In this document: positions 15,740 to 28,900 of the stretch, one piece after another
Layout: each line of letters opens with the position of its first letter
Numbering within the stretch: the first letter of the stretch is position 1
Source: Neocallimastix sp. 'constans'
Lineage: Eukaryota
Reading direction: 5' to 3'
Assembly: GCA_050613775.1 (NCBI GenBank)
Contig: JBODTK010000010.1
Coordinates: 1,178,001 to 1,242,000, forward strand
Length of the DNA: 64,000 bases
Program-made: the position numbers and the translations under genes
Notes under the pieces: generated by a model
Told to the model about the DNA's origin: nothing
Databases searched by the model: none
Seen by the model: only the letters and a program-made list of their open reading frames with translations

Positions 15740-17350
15740 ATGCCAATAAAATCTTTGTTTTAAACTTTTTCAACACTCAATATTGACACTGGCATACATT
15801 ACATTACATTTAATAATATTTACATACATTTACTAATATTTACTATTATCACTTATTAAAATTTATGTACATTTACTTCTGATTTTACATTTACTAATAT
15901 CTATGTACATTTTTACTAATATTTACTACTATTAACTCTTATTAATATTTATATGCATATATTTACATTTGCCTATGTTTATATACAACTTCTAATATTT
16001 TCTAATATTCATATATTTTGATTTTACATTTACTAATAATTATTTATATTTATATATGTACTTAATCTTTTATATATATTTCATAGTCATTAATTTCTTT
16101 AAAATGTAGTACAGTTATATTTTTAAACTTTATTTTATAAGTTAAAGGAAGATAGCATTAAAATATAATACAATTATGAAATATTAAGTTATTTATTTAT
16201 TTATTCCATTTTTTTTTTTTTAAATAAATTATATATATTAAAATTTATTATTCAATAAAGTTATTTTTTAAAAATTATAATACTTTAATTAAATTTAATG
16301 AAATTAGAATTAAATAATTAAATAATTAAATTAAAATTAAATAATTTTTTTTTTTTTTTTATAAATAAATATCATTAATTCATAAATAAATTTTTTCTTA
16401 AAAAGAAGAAACACAAAAAAATAAAAAATAATAAAAATAAATAAAATTTTATGGTTAAAAATAGTTTGCCTTCGGTGGTCGCTTTCCTTTTATAGAATTC
16501 TTTAATATTTTTTTTTTTTTTAAAAAAATAAAAAAATTAAAAATTAAAAATAAAAAAATTAAAAAATTAAAAATTAAAAATTTAAAATAATTTAATAAAA
16601 AGTAATAATAAGAAAAAAAATTCCAAATTTTTACTTTCATCAACCCTAAACCAAATCCTAAAGAAAGAAGTTAAGGCAGTTCTTCTATTAAATCCTAGCT
16701 TATTCTAAATTTTAATTACTTTTTTTTTTGTATTTATTTAATTATAATAAAAGATACAATTAAATATTATTACTAAAGATAATCTTTAGAATAAAAAAAA
16801 AGTATTTAAGTTATGTCAGAAAAGAGATTTTTTATTTATTACTTTTCATTTTATAATTGTTTTTTTATACAAAAAAAAAAGATGATACAAATAAAATAAA
16901 AGTATATGTAGTTACCTTAACGTATTATTTTTTAAACAAAATTAATAAAAAAAGAATGAAATAATCAAATATTTAATAAAGCAATTTGCAAACCATTAAA
17001 TATTGAGAATCAACTTATTTTAATTCTTTGAGAAATTCTATATAATAAAGAATATAAGATTATTTTTATTTTTATTAATAACTTTTTTTTTTTTTTTTTA
17101 AATTCTAATCTAAAATTTAATGCTATTTAAACTATTAGTAAAGATAGTTATATTGAATTAAATCAAATAATAAATAAAGGGTTAAGTTTAATTTATTTTT
17201 TTTATTTTTTTATATAATTAATATTTAATAAGGTTCAATTTAATTTTTCAAAATTTATAAAAAAAATAGAAAAATAAAAAAAATAAAATCTTTGTAAAGA
17301 TGAAAGATTCAATGATGATGAATTTTTTAATATTTTTTTTTTTTTTTTTT

Positions 17351-17426
17351 TAATAGCTTGTTTTAGCATTCGAAATAAACATTAATTAAATATTATATAT
17401 TTTTAAAATGCTAAAACAAACTATTA
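17351..17426. repeat. 20 bp inverted repeat (hairpin or MITE core)
   Basis: TAATAGCTTGTTTTAGCATT ... AATGCTAAAACAAACTATTA, 19/20 complementary, 36 bp spacer. Confidence 0.6.
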
Positions 17427-17486
17427 ACAAATTAAAAATTCATTACTATAAAAAAGTTTTTCATTAAACACTTAAAAGTTTAAATA

Positions 17487-17524
<38 letters not shown>

Positions 17525-18047
17525 GTTTTTGTTTTAATAAGATCTATTAGAATAAAAATATTTTGTTCTATTATAAATGATAATAAATAATAAATAATAA
17601 ATAATAATAAATTATATAATATTTAATAAAAATAAATAATTGAATAATAAAGATAAATAATTGAATAATAAAGATAAATAATTGAATAATTGAATAATAA
17701 ATAATTGAATGATAAATAATAAATAATAAATAATAAATAATAAATAATAATAATAATAATTTCTTTATTTCTTTATTTTTCTATTTATTTAATTTCTTTA
17801 TTTATTTTATTTCTCTACTTGTTATTGCATGATAAAAATGAAGAATTATTATATTGGTGAATAATTAATCATCTTTGATTAACATTTTTTTTGTTTTTTA
17901 TTTTTATTTTTATTTTATTATTATTAACTAAAAAAAAAGATAAATAAAAATTAAAAAAAAAAAAAATATAAAGTAGTGACCTTTTAATATTTATTATTTA
18001 ATATTACAATATTTGATATTAAAAAAAAAAAGTTTTCTGATAATGCA

Positions 18048-18230
18048 ATAAGACAAGCTATCAGGGCCAATGCCTCTGAAGGAGAAGATCATAATTTCTT
18101 TCAGAATTTATCAAATCCAACCCTAATCCAGAATAAGAATTTCCTTTTTTAAACCCAAAATCTTATATAATCATAATAATCTTGGAGGTGAGGTTCGTTG
18201 CCTATGACCTTTTTTTTTTTTTTTTTTATT
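18048..18230 (+). repeat. 3'-end fragment of the same LINE family
   Basis: AAGACAAGCTATCAGGGCCAATG...TTTCAGAATTTATCAAATCCAACCCTAATCCA...GGAGGTGAGG.TCGTTG resembles the reverse complement of 3580-3700. Confidence 0.65.
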
Positions 18231-19172
18231 TCACATTGTTTACTATTTTAAATATTATTATATTCAAGTTGATTGGGACAAGATAATATTTAATTTTATT
18301 TTATTTTTTATTTTTTATTTTTTATTTTTTTATTTTTTATTTTTTATTTTTTTATTTTTTATTTTTTTATTTTTTTCCTTTTTATTAACTTAAACATTAT
18401 TTATGTCATGTAATTAATTAATTAATAAATGAATAAGCAAAAAAAAAGTTTAAATTTTGTAATCATTACGGCAATAAAACAAAAACAAAACAAAAAAAAA
18501 AAAAACACAAAAGTTTCCTTTTATTAGTTAAGATTAATATCTCCCTCCTTTTTTTTTTTTTTTTTTTATTTTTTTAAAAAAGAAAAGTAAAAATCCAAAA
18601 AAAAATTATTATTTAATACATTGTAATATGTTTTAATACATTTTAATACATAAATGTAATACAAATGTATTAAGTGGATAAGACAAAAAAAAAGGGTTAA
18701 TTTTATTAATGAAAAAAAAATCTTGGCTTTTTTTTTTTATTTAAATAAGGATATAATTTTATTAATTAAAATTTGACAGCAAATTTATTTATTTAATTAC
18801 TATTTATTCATTTAATTAGAAATTGAAATAAATAAATTTATTTATACATTTATTTATTTATTTAATTACTCATTTTTTTTTAAAGATACAGATGATTTGA
18901 AAAAATAAAAGACAGATAAAAAAAAAAGATTTATATAATTAATTTAAATTCTATTTATTGAAAATAAAATGAAATAAAATATGGTTTAAATAATATATTT
19001 TTATTCTATTTTGAATTTTTATATTTATTTACTGAGTAATTATAATATTTTTTAACAAGAGCTTATTTTTTTTTTATTTATTATCATAATTATTTTTTTT
19101 ATAATCTACTTAAAGAATAAATAAAGATTTTTAATTTTTATTATTATATATAATTTTTTAAATAGTGTAAAA

Positions 19173-19240
<68 letters not shown>

Positions 19241-22200
19241 AAATAGAGATTCTTTTATTTATTTTTTTTTACCGTTTTTAATTCCTAAATTTGGTACTCC
19301 ATTTGAAATTATTTTTATATTACTTTTATTTTAATTGGTTGACATCATTTTGAGTAACCGTATGTTTTTCTTTTTATTTATTTTATTGTATCAGATTATA
19401 AAATATTATATAATATACAATATATTAATAAATAATAATATATATTAAAAAATAAAAGGAATCATTTTTGTAGTTTTATTTTTTATTTTCAACATTTTAA
19501 TAGTTATTAAATATATTCTAATATACTAGTAATATATAATATTTCAGTGTATATTTTTCTTTTATAATGTAAGTAAAAATATATTATCACTATAAATATT
19601 ATTGGTCAATTATTAGCAATATATATTAAATATAGTTAAATAAGTAAATTGAAATTAAATACGTAAAAGAAAATTAAATACGTAATTGGAAATTAAATAC
19701 ATTAAGTAAAGAGAAAAGAATTTATTATTGAAATGCTTAAAAATACAATTATTTATAATTAAATTTTTATTTTATTTTGATTACCATCAAGTTGAAATTT
19801 AGGTAGTCTTATGCTTATTATTTGACTGCAATTCAGTAATGCTTAAAAAAATAAACTGAAGAATTAAATAGTAATTAGGTACTCATAAATAATAATTGAA
19901 TAAATTGAAGAATTAAATAATAATTATGTATTAATAAAATATTATATAGAATTGAATAAATTGAATAATTGAGTATTTATGTATTAATGAATAGTTGAAT
20001 AAATAATTGAATAGTTAATCAGTCAACTATTTATTACTAAATAGTATTATATAAATAATAATTATGTAATGGAATACAAATAAGTCCATTTTCACATTAT
20101 TTTAATGATTGAAACAATATTATTTTATATTAATTTATTATTTAATTATTTTTTAATTAATAAAAATATTATTATTTTTATTTAATATCTAATTATATTA
20201 TAATATATGTAATTATGATATAATGTTATGTTATTAAATTATGCTTGTTAATTATTTTATATTATTTAAATTAAATATATTATTTTTATTATAATTAATA
20301 TTTATTATTTATTATTTATAGTTTATTATTTATTATTTATTAATAAATACTCTTTTATTATTATTTATTATTATTTATTTATTATTTATTATTTATTATT
20401 TATTATTTATTATTTATTATTTATTATTTATTATTTATTATTATTTATTATTTATTATTTATTAATAAATACTCTTTTATTATTATTTATTATTATTTAT
20501 TTATTATTTATTATTTATTATTTATTATTTATTATTTATTATTTATTATTTATTATTTATTATTTATTATTATTTATTATTTATTATTTATTATTTATAT
20601 TATTATTTATTATTTATTATTTATTATTATTTTTAATATATCAATAATTATTTTGTTTATATTAATTTGTAGCAATATGAAAATCAAAGCCATTCTTTTT
20701 CATTGGCATTAAGAAGTTCAACCAAAAAAAAAAAAAATTTTTTTCTTTAATTAAATAGATGATCGTAAATGACTGCTATTTAAATTATCATTATTATTAA
20801 TTTAATTATTTATTATAATTATTTATTTAATTATTTAATTATTTATTATGAAAAGGTTTTATTTTTATTAATTTTTATTGCTTATTTCATTATATAATAA
20901 AATGAGATGGTGTTAATCGGTTAGCATTTTTTATATCTTTGATTAAAATTAAAAAAAAAAGAAAACAAGACAAAACAAAATAAACAAAAAGATAATAGAA
21001 ATAATAAATAATAGAAATAATAAATAATAGAAATAATAATAATAATATTATTATTATTTCTATTTTTTTTTTAATTATTTTTATTATTGTTTAATAATTA
21101 ATAATTAATATATTTTATATTAATTATATTAATAGTATAATAGTATTAATTATTGTTATAATTATTTAAATAAACCGATTTTATATCAGATTAGCAAATA
21201 GTAATAAATTGATTTTTCATCCATTTATAATAAAATGGATAAAATTATTTTTTACGACATCTTGATGAAACGTATTACCCATCATTCTTTCTTTCTTTAT
21301 TATCTATTATTATTATTATTATTAATTTTTTTTGTAATAACTATAATAAAAAAAAAAAAAAGAAAGGAAATTAATTAAATACGATAATATAGCATTAGCA
21401 TTACCAGAGTTGTTTGATGTGCAGAGTTAAAAACAAAAACAAAAACAAAAAACAAGAATTTAAAAATTTAAAATTTTTTTTAATAAATATAAATATAAAC
21501 TGAATAGATATGATTATATATTTATATATCAAATTATGATTATCAACAATAATATGAAATAGAAATATAAATAAACATTATTATTTAATAATATATTGAT
21601 AATATAACTACAAAAATTTATTTTTTTTTTTTTAAAAAAAAAAGTTTTTAAAATTAATATTAAAATTAAAATTAAAAAAAAAAAATTATTAAACCTTGAT
21701 AAATATAATTTTAATCTTTATTCATACACTTAAACCTTAATTACTATGATTAATATTAAGCTAAATCGATAGACTAATAGATAAGAAATGTGTTTTTTTT
21801 TATTTTGTTAATTTATTTATTTATTATTATTTATTTATTTATTATTATATTTGTTAATTTATTTATTTCCTTAAAACAAAAGAAGTACAAATTTATATAG
21901 ATGTAATATCATATTGATTAATATAAATTAATTTATTGTTACAAATTATTACAAAATATAATATATAATATATAATATATATAAATACTTTATTACATAT
22001 ATTATGTATATTGTATTTTTTAGCTCTAGAATATATTAATATATTGTTAGGTGTTCATTACCAATAAAATTTAATTTAATTTATACCTATTTTATTTAAG
22101 TTACAAAATGAATTATTAATATATATACATATATACATAAATTAATATATTGTAAAACATTTTTATTCCCTTTTTTTTATTATTCAATTATTAATTTTAA

Positions 22201-22648
22201 TTTATATTAATTATTATTATTATTTTTTTTATATTCAAGAAACATTTATTCATGTTTTTTTTCTTCTTTTTTAATTAATATTTAAATTTATTATATTTTA
22301 TAATATATTTTAATATATTATTTAATAAAATAAATAGGCTATTCATATCATATATTATAAATATATTAAATTTTTTATGATAATAAATTTATTATTCAAA
22401 AAAAAAATAATAATAATAAAAAAATTATTTGGGATTATTTTAATTTATCATTTTTAAAGAAAAAAAATAATAAAAAATTAAGAAAAAAAAAAGTATATAA
22501 ACATTAAGAATTTCTTTTTTTACATTTTTTTTAATTCATAAGTTCAAGTCCAAAAAAATAGAGACTAATAAACAAAAAAAAAAAATAAAAACAAACAAAC
22601 AAAAAATAAAAAATAATAAATTTTTAATTACAAAAAACTAAATCAAAA

Positions 22649-23257
22649 ATGAAATTCCAAACTGCTTTAATTTTTGCTGCTGCTGCTTCCTTTGCTTTTG
22701 CTCAAGTTTCTGATGCTGAAGAAGACACTAAGGCTGAATTAACTAATGCTCAAGAATCCGATGTTGAACCAGCTAACGATGACAACACTCCAGCTGAAAA
22801 CACTCCAGCTGATGAAACTCCAGCTGACGAAACTCCAGCTGATGACAACACTCCAACCGAAGTTAAGATCGATGCTACTAACCCAGATGATGTAACTGTC
22901 GAAGACAACGGTGATGAAGCTAAGACTGAAGAAAAGCCAGATGAATCCAAGGTTGAAGAAAACAAGGATGAAGCTGGTGAAGAATCTGACAACTACGAAG
23001 AAGCTGAAAACGCTACTGACGCTGCTGAAGGTTCTGATGACTACGAAGATTCTAACAATGTTGACAGCAACGATATCCCATCTGGTGCTGCTGAAGAATC
23101 TGAAGATGATGAAGATGGTGTTGACACCACTACCATTGCCGCTGGTGCCGGTGCTGCCGCTGCCGCTGCTGCTGGTATCTTCCTCTGGGTTAAGAGATCC
23201 AAGCAAGACGGTTTAGAAAAGGTTGACAACGTCCGTAACCAATTCAACATGGCTTAA
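22649..23257 (+). CDS. Secreted, membrane-anchored acidic surface protein (202 aa), paralogue of 8527-9186
   Basis: Signal peptide MKFQTALIFAAAASFAFA, TPADE repeats, Asp/Glu-rich body, C-terminal AAGAGAAAAAAAGIFLWVKRSK plus short tail; biased codon usage. Confidence 0.9.
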   Translation: MKFQTALIFAAAASFAFAQVSDAEEDTKAELTNAQESDVEPANDDNTPAENTPADETPADETPADDNTPTEVKIDATNPDDVTVEDNGDEAKTEEKPDESKVEENKDEAGEESDNYEEAENATDAAEGSDDYEDSNNVDSNDIPSGAAEESEDDEDGVDTTTIAAGAGAAAAAAAGIFLWVKRSKQDGLEKVDNVRNQFNMA

Positions 23258-25908
23258 GCAGTTTAATTTAATTATATATATATATTTTTTTTAAATTTTT
23301 TTAATACGTAAATATCAAAAATAAAAATAATTATAAAGTAGACTTTTTTTAAGGATATAAAAAATTAAAAAACAAAACAAAACAAAATGAAACAAAATAT
23401 ATTAACCAAATCAATAAAAAAATTTTATTGTAGTAGGGTTTAAACAATGTTAAATTTTATATTTTGTTAAAAAATAATGCCTTAAAAAATAATATTATAG
23501 ATTTAATTTTTAAAGATTATCTAGTAGTTTTTAATTTTTTTAAAAGCGAAGACTAAACTTTAAAAAAATCATTAATATAGAATTATTTATTCATCACTTA
23601 AATTTTAAAAAATAATATTTCAAAAAAAATTAAAAAGGATAAAGAAAATAAAAAGAATGCTATTATTATAAAAAATAAAATAAAAAAAGAATAATGCTAT
23701 TATTATAAAAAAATAAAAGTATTTATATCAAGTAAAAAATATAAACTTGTATAAATAATTAAAAAGTAAATAAAAATTAAAAGAGATTTACAAAAAAAAA
23801 AAAAAGGAAATGTTAAATTAAAGTGTTCAAATTTTTATGAAAGTTTCTTGATTTATTTTTTATTTGAATAATTTGTTTAGAAAAAAATAGTATTACTTTG
23901 TAAGATATTTTAAATAATAATTATTAATATTAAGTAATAGTAATAAAGTATTGCTAATGAAATTGTGTCTTTCAAAATTTTCATATATATTATAAATTAT
24001 TATTATTCCTTTTATATGTATTAGTTTTTTTTGTATTAATAAATTTACTTGTGAGTTGAAGGAAAAGCCCTTAGATCATGGCGTATTAAATATTGTTTTC
24101 TGTCATTGATGATTAATAAAAACTATGTTATGTTCTCTAGGAAGATTAGAGTGTTAAATCCTCTTTCTTCCTATGACTCTATTTCTAATTTTGAAGATTA
24201 TATCAATCATTATATATACTTGTACCTTCTTGGTGGGACTTTAGTTTTAAATGAGCTACATTTCGATAGTGGGGAACAGAGACAATTAAATGAAACTACT
24301 TTTCAAAGTTTCATCGGAGTCACCTGTTCCAAAAAATTGTGGAGCTTAGTGGTAATTCTTAACAAGGGCCAATACCTATCATAAGTAGTTTCGTTTGAGC
24401 TATTATTTGATAGGTATTCCAAATTACCATATTTAACAAATGTAATACCATTAATTTGTCGATCTTTTAGATTGATGATGAAATGGTATTCCATTGAATC
24501 TAAATTTTAAGTAATTTTCTGAAGTATAAGTGTGTAAAAATATCTATGAGATGCGGTACCGACTATAAAACTTTCTTCTTGGTGGAAGAGGTACATATTA
24601 TATAATAATTTTATTTCATATATTTTTTTTTTTTTTTTTATTTTTTTTTTTATTTTTATTTCTTCATTTTTTTTTTATATTTTTATTTTTTTTATTTATT
24701 TTTTTTTTATATTTTTATTTTTTTTATTTATTTTTTTTTTATATTTTTATTTTTTTTATTTATTTTTTTTTTTATATTTTTATTTTTTTTATTTATTTTT
24801 TTTTTTTTTAATTTTTTTATTTTTATTTTTATTTTTTTTATTTTATTTTTTTTTTTTTATTTAAATCATAAAATTTTTATTATTACTATAAATTAAATAA
24901 AGTTATTTTCTAAGCCTTAAAAAAAATTATAAAATAAGGAATGGGATGGCTCTTGTTTAAAAAACCAAAACATTTCTGGTGATGATTCTAAAAAATGCCA
25001 TTCTTTAGCAGAAATTAGGCTTCGGGCTAGTTTTGGATTAGGTTAGATTGATAAAATTTACTTAAGTATTGATTTATTATTTGATTATAATTTTTAGTTG
25101 GTATGGTTCATATAATTTTAGGAATATAATAATAATTAACACAAATAATAAAATTACAATAAAAAAAATAATTTGTTTTAAAATCAATATTTATTTATTT
25201 AAATTTATAAAAGAAAAATAATAATATAATTATTTATTTAATAAAAAGAAAGTTATTGATTATATTTTATTTCACTAAAATTACATGTATTTATATTTTT
25301 TTATCAAATTAAAATTTGTAAAGCCTAACTATTTTTTTAATAAACTAATTACTAATTATTTTTATAAATAAAACATTTAAATTGAAATTGAATTATTATT
25401 TTAGTTAATAATATTATTGTTATAAATAGTAGTTATATATTATTGAATTATTAATTATTTAATAATAGTTTAATACTAATATATATAAAATAAAAATAAA
25501 GAGATTATACAGAATATTTTATTGTGGTTTAGTTAAATTTAGTAATTAAAAATAAATTTAAATTGATAACGAAAATTTTAATAACTAATTAAATAGATTT
25601 GATTATTTTCAATATAACATAATACAAAAGAAATATAATATTAATATATTAAGTGGGCAAGGACAATATTCTTGGCTAAAGATTTTTAATACATTATAAT
25701 GGAATCGGATCGATAATTCAAAAAGGAATTATAAGTTAATTAGTGATTTATTAACTTAAGATTTCTATTTAGTAATATTTGAAGAATATTGGAAAGTTCC
25801 AATTATATAGAATAGAATAATCTATAAGGTTAGAATAATTTATATTATTCTAGCACAATTAGTATTATTTGTTCATTCTGTATTAAGATGCCCCCGCTAA
25901 GACTCAAG

Positions 25909-28900
25909 CTAGGTAGAAGCTGAGTTAAACTTGACAATATTTTTCAAATGAACATTACGATTCATTTGTATATTAGTAGCAGGATCAGCTAAAGTGACTG
26001 TATTGAATTGTTTCTTTACCACTTTCATAGGTCCAACAAAGTAAGGTTCTAATTTAGTTCGATTAAAGTTTCTTACTAGTACTAAATCACCTGGTTTTAT
26101 TCTTTTAGCTTGATTCATACTGGTCTTTTCTTCTCTCCTAGTAGCCCAATATTTCGAAGCATTTTTGATATTAGATGCGGCCTCCATTACCCATTGGTAG
26201 TGTGATACAAATTTTTCCAGTAGAATTTCGTCAGAAGACTTATTTATACCCTTAGTTGGTCTGGCAGCAATGTCAAAAGGTTGTTGGTCCTCCCTTCCAT
26301 AAACTAATTCAAAACTTGAATGGTTGGTGATTGAGTTTTTAGTAGTTCTTAAAGCCCAAAGTGCAGATGGTAAAATTTCATCCCATTCTTTGTGTTGTTG
26401 TTCTAGTAATCGTAATAATTTTCCAATTTCTTTATTACGATTCTCAACTAAACCATTGCTTTCAGGATGATATGGAGTGATAAATTTAACATATACATCA
26501 TATAAATCAAGGAAGATTTTTGTCATATCTGATGTAAATTGTGTTCCTTTATCAGTAGTGATAATTTGAGGTACACCGTGTCGAGCAAATACATTAATTA
26601 AAAATTTTATCACATCCTGAGAAGTAACATTTTCAGTGGGCTCTGCCTCAACCCATTTAGTAAAATAATCAACCACAACGATTATATATTGATTATTATT
26701 TCTGGTTTTACTTAGAGGTCCTATAATGTCCAATCCTAAGTGTGTAAATGGTCCTTCCACTTCAGTTGGTTTATCTTCTGTTGGTTCAGGGTATGGTTGA
26801 GATTTATTTAATTGACATTTTTCACATTTACCTATAATTCGCTTAATGTCATTAACCATATTGTTCCAATAGTAGCTCTTTTTCAAACGTTGATATGTCT
26901 TGTAATAGCCTTCGTGTCCTATACTGTGCGCTTGAAAAATTAATTGAAGTTTTTCTTTTGTATCTGTAACTAATTTTCTATAATTATTGCCATCAACAAA
27001 GTAGTCCACACCATCAATTGTCGTAAATTTTTCTTCAATAAATTCCTTAATGGTTCTTGAAAGCAGGTTTTCATTTTGTTCTTTGATAATTTGTGTTGTT
27101 AAGATAAATTTTTCTTTTTCATTTTTCATTCTTGATAAAGCGTCTGCAACAACATTATTCTTCCCAGCTTCATATCGTAAATCAATTCCTAACATACTGA
27201 CAGTCAAACACCATCTTGTATGGCGAGAGTTTTGTGGTTCCTTATTTTTAAGTAATCCGATTAAGGGTCTATGGTCTGTATATACTATAGTTTGCTTAGG
27301 ATTTCCCATAATATAAGATTTTAATTTATTAATACAGTAAATTAGAGCGGCACCTTCTAGATCCGTAATTCCATAATTCTTTTCCGATTTAGATAAACTT
27401 CTACTAATATAATGAACCGGATGCTCCTTTCCAGTTTCATCATCCTTTTGTAAAAGCACACCGCCTATTCCATCATAGGAAGCATCTGTTCTTATAATAA
27501 ATTCTCTATCAAATCTAGGAAATCTTAATATTGGGGCATTGATTAATCTTTCCTTAAGAATTTTAAAACTTTCTTCTTGTTCCTTTTTCCATTCAAACTT
27601 AATACCTTTTCTTAATAGAGTGCAGAGAGGAGCAGTAACTTTTGCAAAGTCCTTAATAAAATTTCTATAATATCCAATGGCTCCTAAAAATGATCGAAGT
27701 TCATGAATGTTAGAGGGAGCCTTCCATTCTTTAATAGCTTCAACTTTGTTTTCCAATGGACTTAAACCTTCTGAGGATACTTTATGTCCAAGTACTTCTA
27801 CTTCAGTTTGCATGAAAGAACACTTTTCGATATTGATTTTTAACTTATGTTCCTTGAATATTTCTAAGACTTGTTTAAGATGTTCTAGGTGTTCTTCTTC
27901 AGTTCTTGAGTAGATTAAAATATCATCTATAAAGTTATAGACGCATTTTCCTATTAAGGGAAATAGTATACGGTTCATTTCTCTTTGGAATGTAGCTGGA
28001 GCACCTGTTAAACCGAAGGGCATTACCTTGAATTGGTAGTTTCCGAACTTAGTTGTAAAGGTAGTGATTTCAACACTATCATCATCCATTAATATTTGAT
28101 GATAACCGGAATAAAGATCTAATGTTGAAAAGATTTTTGCTCCATCTAAGCTATCAAAAATTTCCTCAATATTTGGTAAAGAATAAGAATCCTTCTTAGT
28201 TGCTTCATTTACTTTCCTATAGTCAATACACAGGCGCCATTTACCGTTCTTTTTAGGCACAAGTACTACTGGTGATGACCATTCTGAACATGAAGGTTCA
28301 ATTAATCGTTTATATATAAGTTTGGTTAATTCTTCTTTTAAGATATCTGTTTTTAATTTACTAAGTCGATAAAATTTTTGTTTAATAGGTTTAACTCCTT
28401 CCTTAAGAATAATTTTGTGTGGTGATAAATCTGAAGGTGTTAATTCTTCAGAAGAAGTTGCAATTATATCAATATATTCTTCAAGTAATTTAGTAATAGC
28501 TTCTCTATAATTTGAATTAATTGTACTTTGAAAAACTGTGTCATATATATATTTTATGGGTGGTAATCCTTCAATCGTTTTCAATTGTTGCTTAGCTTCT
28601 TGGTGATTCAATGCTTTGATTACACATAATAATTTTTCTTCGTCATCATATTCATTATTAATAGGTGCAATTTCTTCAATTAAACCTTGATCATTAAATC
28701 GACAAAGACTATATCTAATTGGATGTATAAATAACTGGTTATCAATTTGAGTTTTGAGGTTGATTAATATATCATAGAATGGATCCTCCTTGTCTATAAT
28801 TCTACACGTAACAAGTAGTTCTAGTTCATTAATATTTACGGGAACTTTGATTAACACATCTTCTGAGTAATCATCATTCATCGTTGCTAAACGTATTCGT

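Noticed and set aside
9200..22600. Many short F/I/L/K-rich ORFs
   Set aside because: Derived from homopolymers and (TTA)n/(TAAATAA)n simple repeats; no GC or codon signal
24106..24494. Repeated ORFs (YIYLYLLGG..., MEYHFIINL...) as a gene family
   Set aside because: Frameshifted differently among copies; better explained as LINE C-terminal relics and their antisense
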